From positions 38,052 through 102,051 of the forward strand of contig JBFRWD010000123.1 in assembly GCA_051439425.1 (NCBI GenBank): a stretch of DNA of 64,000 bases. Direction: 5' to 3'. Both the position numbers and the translations under genes were made by a program. The stretch is from Synechococcus sp. (GTDB lineage Bacteria; Cyanobacteriota; Cyanobacteriia; Thermostichales; PCC-7336). Below are positions 42,983 through 50,918 of this stretch, piece after piece (positions within the stretch are counted from its first letter, which is position 1; every line of letters begins with the position of its first letter). The notes below the pieces were generated by a model. It had not been told where the DNA came from. It made no database searches and worked only from the letters and a program-made list of their open reading frames with translations.

Positions 42983-43531
42983 ATGGCACGTGTGAAGTCA
43001 TCGCTTTTACCACGATCTGTATTGACACCACCCAACCAACCCAAACGACCGCAACGAAATGGCGTTCGACGACGCGCGAGATACCTCTACTTGCGGTTTA
43101 TTCGCATGCGCGGCACCCCTGCAGAAATCGCAAGGGGAGCGGCTGTCGGTGTGTTTGCGGGTATGTTTCCGTTCTTCGGTTTCCAAACCATTCTGTCTGT
43201 GGGCATTGCCGCTATGGTTCGGGGGAACAAGATTGCCGCGGCCGCTACGACTTGGATTAGCAACCCGCTGACCTACGTCCCGATCTATGCCTTTAATTTC
43301 CACGTTGGCCGCTGGCTCTTGCAGACAGACGACACCTTCGTCTTTACTCGCCAATCCATCTCCGAGCTGTTGAATGCGGGGTCCCACTTCGTCATAGTTC
43401 TGATGATTGGTTGCACGGTTGTCGGTACGATTTTTGCAGCAGTTACTTACCCTCTGACATTGCGAGTCGTGAGCAACGTACGCCACAAGCTCCGCATGTC
43501 TCGCAAGCAAGCCCGCGAGAGTCAGTCGTAA
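42983..43531 (+). CDS. DUF2062 membrane protein
   Basis: TPAEIARG.AVGVF, PFFGFQT, WISNPLTYVP. Confidence 0.88.
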   Translation: MARVKSSLLPRSVLTPPNQPKRPQRNGVRRRARYLYLRFIRMRGTPAEIARGAAVGVFAGMFPFFGFQTILSVGIAAMVRGNKIAAAATTWISNPLTYVPIYAFNFHVGRWLLQTDDTFVFTRQSISELLNAGSHFVIVLMIGCTVVGTIFAAVTYPLTLRVVSNVRHKLRMSRKQARESQS

Positions 43532-43657
43532 AACGCACGTTCGCGATCGAGTGCTCTTTGTGTCCACGATCGCAGCTTGACCCCGCGTGCGATCGCAGTG
43601 CAGTCCTCGCAGAATCCTTACGGTGAAGACATCGTAAATCCGGTAAGGATTCAACTC

Positions 43658-44035
43658 ATGAAACCATTAAAACTCACCGTTCCAACCGTAGCTTTAGCGG
43701 CGATCGCCGCCCTCTCTGCCAGCACCTCTGTCCTGGCGCAGGCTCAGCCCATTCGCATACGACGACCCGTCCAAACGATGCAGTTACATTCCACCAGTGG
43801 ATGTGCATCAGGCTGGGTTCCGTCCTCTGCTCCGGGAGGCTGCGAACCCGGCTCTTACACAACACTGGATGCTCGCCCCATCGAAGCGGGCTTACCTCCC
43901 GGCCAATGCCCAGAAGGATTCTCTCCAGCCACCCCTCCTCTGAATCCTCAACTGGGATGTCTGCCCGATAACATGGCAACTCCTTCCGCCCCTGAATTCT
44001 CTCCTGCTCCCGTGCAACTCAGACGCCTGCGATAA
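43658..44035 (+). CDS. Small secreted Pro/Cys-rich protein
   Basis: Signal peptide MKPLK...AQA; two C-x-x-G-[WF]-x-P...GC-x-P units. Confidence 0.7.
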   Translation: MKPLKLTVPTVALAAIAALSASTSVLAQAQPIRIRRPVQTMQLHSTSGCASGWVPSSAPGGCEPGSYTTLDARPIEAGLPPGQCPEGFSPATPPLNPQLGCLPDNMATPSAPEFSPAPVQLRRLR

Positions 44036-44060
44036 GTAGACTTCACTCGCTCAAACTATT

Positions 44061-44092
44061 GGGAGGCAGCATAACGCTGCCCTCCTTTTTTT
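44061..44092 (+). terminator. Intrinsic terminator
   Basis: GGAGGCAGC-loop-GCTGCCCTCC followed by a T-run. Confidence 0.8.
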
Positions 44093-45128
44093 ATGAGTGT
44101 CCAGTAGCCGGCTGCGATTGGGCCAAATCCTCTCGTTGATGTGGGGTGTCCAGCAGTTGAATGTCGGGAGCAATCGGCACGATGCCACCAGGGTTGAGCG
44201 GAAACAGAGAGCTGTAATATTCCTGCTTTAACGCCTCTAGGTCGCAGGTTTCGGCAATTCCCGGCAACTGATAGATATCGCGCAGATACCCCCACAGAGA
44301 GTCGTAATCTTGGATACGACGGCGATTGCATTTGAACAGGCCGTGATAGACGGCATCGAAGCGGATCAGGGTTGTAAATAGGCGCACATCCGCCAACGTT
44401 AGCCGATCTCCACACAGATACCGGCGCTGTTCTAACACGCTGTCAATCTCATCTAGAGTGTCAAATAGCTCGGTTACTGCCCGGTCATAGGCATCCTGCG
44501 TTTGGGCGAATCCACAGCGATAGACGCCATTGTTTACCGCTGGATAAATCTTGGCATTCCAGCGATCGCAGTCCTCTCTTAATTTCTCCGGATACAAATC
44601 CAGATCGGGATGCTGGGCCCAATCATTCAAGTCAGAGTTGAGAATCTCGATAATCTCGGCGCTCTCGTTATTCACAATCGTCTTTGTTTGCGAATCCCAC
44701 AGCACCGGTACCGTGCAGCGCCCCACATACCCCGGCTCGGCGAGCCGATACAGATCGGCTATTGTCCGACAGCCTTCATCGCGATCGGGCAGCACCCATC
44801 CCCCCTCACTCGCATCTGCAAGAGCGATGGTTACGGGGACGGCATCCTGCAATCCCTTGAGCACTCGCACCACCAACGTTCTGTGGGCCCAGGGACAACT
44901 GAGCCCAACCAACAATCGATATCGCCCAGCTTCGGGGGGATAGGCATGGTCGGGAGCCGTGCTGATGCGATCGCGGAACGTACTGCTAGGACGCTGATAA
45001 GCCCCATCTTTGGTAGAAGGAGCCAGATTGCCCATCATCGTCTGCCACAGGGTTGTCCAGACAAATTTGCCCGCCCCAATAACGAACTTAGGAGGCAGAG
45101 ACTTGCGACGTAATTTAGGCCCTGGCAT
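44091..45128 (-). CDS. Glutathionyl-hydroquinone reductase-like GST (YqjG/ECM4 family)
   Basis: CPWAHR, TVPVLWD, NNESAEI, NNGVYRCGFA, RFDAVY. Confidence 0.92.
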   Translation of the reverse strand: MPGPKLRRKSLPPKFVIGAGKFVWTTLWQTMMGNLAPSTKDGAYQRPSSTFRDRISTAPDHAYPPEAGRYRLLVGLSCPWAHRTLVVRVLKGLQDAVPVTIALADASEGGWVLPDRDEGCRTIADLYRLAEPGYVGRCTVPVLWDSQTKTIVNNESAEIIEILNSDLNDWAQHPDLDLYPEKLREDCDRWNAKIYPAVNNGVYRCGFAQTQDAYDRAVTELFDTLDEIDSVLEQRRYLCGDRLTLADVRLFTTLIRFDAVYHGLFKCNRRRIQDYDSLWGYLRDIYQLPGIAETCDLEALKQEYYSSLFPLNPGGIVPIAPDIQLLDTPHQREDLAQSQPATGHS

Positions 45129-45271
45129 AACTGGCGCTCAACAGCGGTGAATGAATGGAGAACAGTACTGTCCTAGCACTCAAAGACTATCGAGGCATCG
45201 ATCCAAGCAATTCAATCAAGACTCTGATGGCCAACTACGCAATCTGATGGTCAACCAAGCAACACGCGGCC

Positions 45272-45339
45272 GTTAATCCAGCAGAACAGTTAATCCAGCA
45301 GAACAGTTAATTCACCAGAACAGTTAATCCAGCGGCACA
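45272..45339. repeat. 17-bp tandem repeat x4 overlapping the ilvE stop
   Basis: GTTAATCCAGCAGAACA units at 45272, 45289, 45306 and 45323. Confidence 0.9.
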
Positions 45340-46238
45340 ACAGTCACCCAGTCTTGATAAGCCAGCTCGCGATTCTCTGTAATTGCGGTCAGCGTTTGAC
45401 GCAACTTATTCATAACAGGGCGATCGCTAGAGAGAATATAGTTCTCGACTTGCTTGACCGGAGTAATCTTGGCCGCGGTCCCGCTCAAGAAGACTTCGTC
45501 AGCAATCAACAACTCGGTTTTATCCACCGGCCGCTCCACATATTCAATCCCGATATCCCGAGCAATAGTCAGAATGCTACTACGGGTAATGCCTTCCAAA
45601 ATGTCTTGCTCGGGGCCGGGAGTAATCAACTTACCATCGCGCACGATAAAGATATTCATGCCCGAGGCCTCGCACACTTTGCCCTGCGAATTGAGCAGAA
45701 TGGCCTCGTCGAATCCTGCCTCTACAGCCTCGGTTTTTGCCAGCGAAGATGTAATGTAAGCACCGCTGATTTTGCCGCGCAAGGGCAGACTCCGATCCTC
45801 CTGACGGTGCCACGAACTAATGCGACAACTGACTCCATCCGGAGAAAGATAATCGCCTAGCTCCAAACCATAGACAAAGAAATCTTTTTGAATATTGTGC
45901 AGGCGAGGGGCAATGCCTAAGTCGGACGTGTAAACAAACGGACGGATATAGAAGGATGTTGCCGGTCGATTTTGCTTAATAAATTCAACAATCACCACCT
46001 CAATTTTGTCGGCTGGCAAGTCATAATTTAGGAAGCAAGCGCTGTTACTGAGCCGCTGGCAGTGGCGATCGAGGCGAAACAACAAGATCTGCCGAGGATT
46101 GCTGGGGTCGGGAATACCGCGCATGCCGCCAAATGCTCCCGTACCGTAGTGAAGGGCATGAGTTGCAATCGACACGCTCGCCTCCTCAAAGGGGACAAAC
46201 CTGTTTTGAAAGTAGGCAACCGGCAAAAAGTTATGCAT
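45324..46238 (-). CDS. ilvE: Branched-chain amino acid aminotransferase
   Basis: LHYGTGAFGG, YIRP, KISGAY, ILEGITR, GTAA. Confidence 0.93.
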   Translation of the reverse strand: MHNFLPVAYFQNRFVPFEEASVSIATHALHYGTGAFGGMRGIPDPSNPRQILLFRLDRHCQRLSNSACFLNYDLPADKIEVVIVEFIKQNRPATSFYIRPFVYTSDLGIAPRLHNIQKDFFVYGLELGDYLSPDGVSCRISSWHRQEDRSLPLRGKISGAYITSSLAKTEAVEAGFDEAILLNSQGKVCEASGMNIFIVRDGKLITPGPEQDILEGITRSSILTIARDIGIEYVERPVDKTELLIADEVFLSGTAAKITPVKQVENYILSSDRPVMNKLRQTLTAITENRELAYQDWVTVVPLD

Positions 46239-46597
46239 GGCAGCGGAAAAAAAAACAATCGCAGCAGAAATCGAACCGCATTGCTCTCCCTAAGGAACGC
46301 ACAGCTCAATTTTGAGTCAACCACCAGAATACGATATCCATTGCAGCATTTCGAGCATCGATCGTGCTCGTCTAGCACAAACATCCCTCGGTCTAACAGA
46401 AACAGTTATGGGCTAGACCAAGCATCGCGTTCCTCACACATTGCTCAAACAAATTCCCTAGCCTTAAACATGTGAGGACTCGAACAGACAGCAGTCCTAA
46501 TCTACGAATGCTCGAGGAGCAGAAACCCAGTAAGTAGCCGCAACGTCCGAGTCAAACTCGATTTCACTCCATCTCAATATCGAAACAAGTCGTTCAA

Positions 46598-46849
46598 ATG
46601 AATACATCCGAACAAGCCCGAGAACACCTCACCCAACAGCGCCTGGACGAAGAACACCTTCGCCAAAATCTCAAAGAGCGCTCGGTGGAGGCTATCAATA
46701 CCCATCAAGAGTCCGAGATTCGGGCAGAGTCGCGGGAACTGGCAACCGATCGCCGCCAGCAATCCGATCGCCGGCAGGACAGCATGCTTGAGCGTGCTGA
46801 GGCCGAGATCGAGGCCGCCGCAACCGAGACACCAGACACAAAGGAATAA
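46598..46849 (+). CDS. Small helical protein with two IF7/GifA-like units
   Basis: MNTSEQAR... and ...RQDSMLERAEAEI. Confidence 0.7.
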   Translation: MNTSEQAREHLTQQRLDEEHLRQNLKERSVEAINTHQESEIRAESRELATDRRQQSDRRQDSMLERAEAEIEAAATETPDTKE

Positions 46850-46899
46850 CCCTCGACAGTTTGTAAACCTTGACGTCTCGCCTCTAGCCGGGGTCCCCG

Positions 46900-47595
46900 A
46901 TGCAAAACCACTTACGCTTAACCTTCGCCATTTCTATTGCTGCATTAATAGCAGCAGCTATTGTGGGTGGAAGTACAGCGTGGTTGGTATCATCCCCTCC
47001 GCCACCATCTCAATCCACAGAGAATCGCCCCCCAAATCCAGAAGAGCAACCGACGGCAGAACAAGTGCCGCAACTCGAACCATCTCGCCAGATCGGCATG
47101 GCGTTCGAGTTATCTGTCGAGGAAGACGTCGAGATCTCGCAGCCCAAAGTGTATTGGCTGCAATTCGAAGGCGATCGCATTAGGCTAGTGCCGTCCGACC
47201 AACCCGTTCAGGAAGGCTCCGAAGAAGCCGTGTTAACGGCATTGATGAACCAGCTGTTACAAGGGCCATCCGGCACGGGTGAAACAGAATCCTCAACAGG
47301 AGTATCGGCAATTCCTGACGGTACCCAGCTGCTAGCACTTGCCGTGGAGGGAGATGGCGTTCACATTAACGTATCGCAGGAGTTTGCCTATGGAGGCGGG
47401 AGCGCATCCATGATTATGCGCGTTGCGCAGATACTGTATACCGCCACCAGCATCAATCCCGACACTCCAGTCTTTCTGGAGGTGGCCGGACAACCGATCG
47501 ATGCTGACCATCCCCTTGGAGGAGAAGGGCTGATTTTGGAGCAGCCCACCAGCCGAGAGCAGTTTGCCGATGCATTCTCAATGCCCCTTAGTTAG
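46900..47595 (+). CDS. GerMN domain protein
   Basis: TM anchor, LLQGP, SAIPDGT, EFAYGGGSASM, QILYTAT, LGGEGL. Confidence 0.88.
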   Translation: MQNHLRLTFAISIAALIAAAIVGGSTAWLVSSPPPPSQSTENRPPNPEEQPTAEQVPQLEPSRQIGMAFELSVEEDVEISQPKVYWLQFEGDRIRLVPSDQPVQEGSEEAVLTALMNQLLQGPSGTGETESSTGVSAIPDGTQLLALAVEGDGVHINVSQEFAYGGGSASMIMRVAQILYTATSINPDTPVFLEVAGQPIDADHPLGGEGLILEQPTSREQFADAFSMPLS

Positions 47596-47670
47596 TGAAC
47601 ATCTCAAGGGGGCCTTCGCGAGGGCTCGGCACCAGTAGACCAAAACAATAGCAATAGCCAGGAGTCTGTT

Positions 47671-47838
47671 ATGGCCACTCAATCAAATGTTTTTTCCCGT
47701 CTAACTAACAGTTTGGTATCGGTATTCAAAGGTGCAATGCGAGCATTTGAAACCGAACACGACGACTATCCCAAAACAGGAACCAGACCGCTCAAGCACA
47801 AGACTTACAAAGAAGGAAAAGATCGCCACAAACACTAA
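47671..47838 (+). CDS. 55-aa small protein absent from the ORF track
   Basis: AGGAG RBS, ATG; MATQSNVFSRL...AMRAFETEHDDYPKTGTRP...HKH. Confidence 0.7.
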   Translation: MATQSNVFSRLTNSLVSVFKGAMRAFETEHDDYPKTGTRPLKHKTYKEGKDRHKH

Positions 47839-47992
47839 ACACCACAGCCCAGTGCGCTCCCCACCAGTTGTCGTTTCTTCTGCTTGTCTTGCCGAGTATC
47901 GAGCCTGTTTGTTCCGATGTCTAGCGGGGAGGTGTCGACAACAGCTACAGTTTGTCGAGACTATTAAAGCCTAGATACCGAGACCCTCTGAT

Positions 47993-48640
47993 ATGACCAT
48001 TCCAGCCCCTGGTGAGCTTGAACCCATGTTGGTAAGACAGCACTACGCTTCTTCCCTGCGCATTGTTGGTTGGATTGGATTTTGGAGCCAACTAATCCTG
48101 GGCATGACCGCTGGTGCCATCCTGCTGTTTTCCTACGGTCGTGAAATTCAAAATCACCCTGGCACCCAGTCCGGATTGTTTCTGTTGTTTGCATCAGGCG
48201 TGGCTCTGGCAGGGGGGACACTGGCTAAGATAATCAACATTCAAGTCGGGCGACAGTTACGCAAACCCGATCGCCGCCACTGGCCCAGCCGCCACTCTGT
48301 GATGCGACTGTGTGATTTCGAGGCGTTTTTGCATTGGGCAGGCATGATTGTTGTGCTGATTGGGACTGTATTGATCGTCTCCAATCTGACCTCGATCGCG
48401 ATGTCTCTAGTCCCCGGTATCATCAGCGATGCCAGCAAAACGATTCAGCCTCTAGACCTATTGGTCATTCAAGCCAGTACGGCGTTGATGGCCGGCCATT
48501 TTGTCGGCATCAGTACATCCTTCTGGAATTTGCGCGGCTTACTGCTACTGCTCAGCCAGCGCCATCCCAGACCCAAGCACCGACCTGCAAAAGCCCTCAA
48601 GCCCCCATCGTCCCCACCGCCACGGGCTCTAAAGTCGTAA
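47993..48640 (+). CDS. DUF3611 (Tic21-like) membrane protein
   Basis: GWIGFWSQLIL, IQPLDLLVIQA, HFVGI. Confidence 0.8.
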   Translation: MTIPAPGELEPMLVRQHYASSLRIVGWIGFWSQLILGMTAGAILLFSYGREIQNHPGTQSGLFLLFASGVALAGGTLAKIINIQVGRQLRKPDRRHWPSRHSVMRLCDFEAFLHWAGMIVVLIGTVLIVSNLTSIAMSLVPGIISDASKTIQPLDLLVIQASTALMAGHFVGISTSFWNLRGLLLLLSQRHPRPKHRPAKALKPPSSPPPRALKS

Positions 48641-48731
48641 AGTATCAACAGATGTGAGGCCATTCAGGCATTTGGGCATCAAGAACAGCATGACTTGAAC
48701 GGAATAATCCCCCGACAACACAACGATGCCG

Positions 48732-50585
48732 TTAGGCTACGCAGGGTGCAGTTGCGGCAATCTTTGCTCGTTCGATCCGGTTGAGAATGCGCATCGCCAA
48801 CTGTTGAGGTGCGAACGGTTTGCAGACCAGATCGTCTGCCCCCACCTGAAACACCTGTGTTTGAAAGTCGTCGTCCGTTCGAGAGGTGAGCACGATCGCC
48901 GGTAGTTGCCGCCAGCGCAAATCGCTGCGCAAGACCTGACACACCTGTAGGCCACTAATGTTGGGCATGTCCGCTTCAATCACCAGTAAGTCCGGCTTAA
49001 AGTCTTCCAGGCTGCTCCAAATGCTCTCTGGATTGTCATCCACCGCCAGCAGGTTAAATCCCCACGACGCTAGATTAATGCGCAGCGCGTTCAGAAACTG
49101 CCGATCGCTATCCACCACCATGACTTTGGCTCCAATTCCCTGAGGCTGAATGGAGGATGAAACCGCCTGAAGAACTCGATGGGGTGTGGTGGGAAACGGT
49201 AGAACTAACGTCCCCCCCCGGCGGGCAATTTCCAGTCGATCTTCAAAGTGCCCCCCCTCTAATAGAACGATGATAGGAACGTTAGGAGTCATACGATTGA
49301 GGGCTGTGAGCAGTTCAAATTGTTCGGCCTCGCAAGAATCGCACAATAGATGCACAACAGCCACTTGCGGCGTTTCTTGGGCAATCGTATCTTCTACCTC
49401 TGAAAATGTAGAGGCGATCGCCGTGCGCATCCCCAAACTGGTTGCCTGACTGGACAACTGCTGCGAGAAGGCAGGGCTGCCATCCACAATCAACAGCAAG
49501 AGCCCGTCTTTTAGCGATCGCTCCAGGGGTTGTGCTAACACGGGTGGCGTGAGTTTGAGTTCGCGGTACAGAGCCGTCAACAAAGTGGCCAGGCGATGGC
49601 TGCGTTTGGGTAACGTCTCGTCGGTCAGTACCCGTTCGATATCGCGAGCCAAATTGGAGCCTTCGTGAAATCCGAAACTATCCAGAGAGCCCACCAACTT
49701 GTGCGCCTCCACCTTAGCTTCTGCTAACAGATGGAGGTCAACCGTCCCCCGATCCAGCTCCCTCGCTAGTAACTCCAAAGTTTCCAAACGATGCTCGATC
49801 ACTTCAGACTTGAATTCCCCCCACAAATTCGCCAAGCAGCGATCGGAAAGGGGTGGATGGGATCCGTTGCCGGCATGTGTGGGGAGTTGGGCAGTTGGGT
49901 CAGGCCGCTTGGGCTGCGGCTTCAGTCGATATCCAATGCCGTAAACCGTTTCGATGAGGTCCTTCGAGGCTCCCGCAGCAGATAACTTTTGGCGCAATCC
50001 TTTGATGTGGGTGCGGACAGCATACTCGCTGGGAGGCTCTTCAAATGCCCACAAACTATTGATGATTTTATCGAGGCTAAACACTAACTCACTGTGCCGC
50101 ATAAACTGCTCTAGAAGAGCAAATTCTTTTGGAGTTAAATGCAGCAGTTGCTGGTCGTAGAATGCTTCATAGGTATTGGGATCGAGTCGCAGCTGACCCC
50201 ATTCCAAAACAGGGGGAAGTGCTTGCCGTTCTCGACGTAAAAGTGCGTGAATTCTTGCTAGTAATTCTTCAAAATCAAATGGCTTGACAACGTAGTCATC
50301 AGCTCCTGCATTTAATCCGGCAATTTTAGCAGAACTCTCATCTTTCGCCGATAGCATCAAAACGGGAATACCATGTCCTGCCGAGCGAATTTCTTGACAA
50401 AGCGTCACTCCATCCGTTTTCGGAAGCTTGCTATCTAATAGCAATAAATCGTAATCAAAGGCAACTAATAAATCCTTACAAGCTTCGCCGTCGTCAACTA
50501 CATCTACTGCATACCGCTGCTCGGTTAGCTCGTCTGCTAGTGCCTTTATTAAGTCGCGATCGTCATCGACAAGGAGTAGCCGCAT
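48732..50585 (-). CDS. Multi-domain response regulator REC-wHTH-Hpt-REC-REC (RcaC-like)
   Basis: LLLVDD, GADDYVVKPF, LTPKEF, ETVYGIGY, AHKLVGS, C-terminal GADD..KP. Confidence 0.88.
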   Translation of the reverse strand: MRLLLVDDDRDLIKALADELTEQRYAVDVVDDGEACKDLLVAFDYDLLLLDSKLPKTDGVTLCQEIRSAGHGIPVLMLSAKDESSAKIAGLNAGADDYVVKPFDFEELLARIHALLRRERQALPPVLEWGQLRLDPNTYEAFYDQQLLHLTPKEFALLEQFMRHSELVFSLDKIINSLWAFEEPPSEYAVRTHIKGLRQKLSAAGASKDLIETVYGIGYRLKPQPKRPDPTAQLPTHAGNGSHPPLSDRCLANLWGEFKSEVIEHRLETLELLARELDRGTVDLHLLAEAKVEAHKLVGSLDSFGFHEGSNLARDIERVLTDETLPKRSHRLATLLTALYRELKLTPPVLAQPLERSLKDGLLLLIVDGSPAFSQQLSSQATSLGMRTAIASTFSEVEDTIAQETPQVAVVHLLCDSCEAEQFELLTALNRMTPNVPIIVLLEGGHFEDRLEIARRGGTLVLPFPTTPHRVLQAVSSSIQPQGIGAKVMVVDSDRQFLNALRINLASWGFNLLAVDDNPESIWSSLEDFKPDLLVIEADMPNISGLQVCQVLRSDLRWRQLPAIVLTSRTDDDFQTQVFQVGADDLVCKPFAPQQLAMRILNRIERAKIAATAPCVA

Positions 50586-50678
50586 GGAAACCTCTCGGAC
50601 ATAAAACAATGCAATATAGCCACGTTCGATACCGGCTTTATGCATAGAACTGACAGTCAGTTTATATAGCTTTCTCCG

Positions 50679-50768
50679 ATCGGCTATGGAGAATCCTCTA
50701 GCTTTTTTCTATGTAGATCGAAGGCTTGAGCTGTCCTCTCACTCCAGACCTTAAAGCGGATTGCTATA
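50679..50768 (-). repeat. Dispersed MITE-like repeat, family A, inverted copy
   Basis: Reverse complement reads TATAGCAATCCGCTTTAAGGTCTGGAGT...CAGCTCAAGCC...TCTCCATAG. Confidence 0.75.
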
Positions 50769-50918
50769 TATATTTAAACTATCGTTTTTCGAGTCACATC
50801 GTGAATTTTCGTCACATAGTTACACCGAGGCTTTTCGATTGACTAAGTCAAGAGTGGCGATCGCAACCCTCCACTCACCCGCAGGGAAATCGGACAGTCG
50901 CAATCGCCAAGTACGGAA

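Noticed and set aside
45272..45339. Possible CRISPR array
   Set aside because: The 17-bp units are contiguous with no spacers, and there are no cas genes in the window
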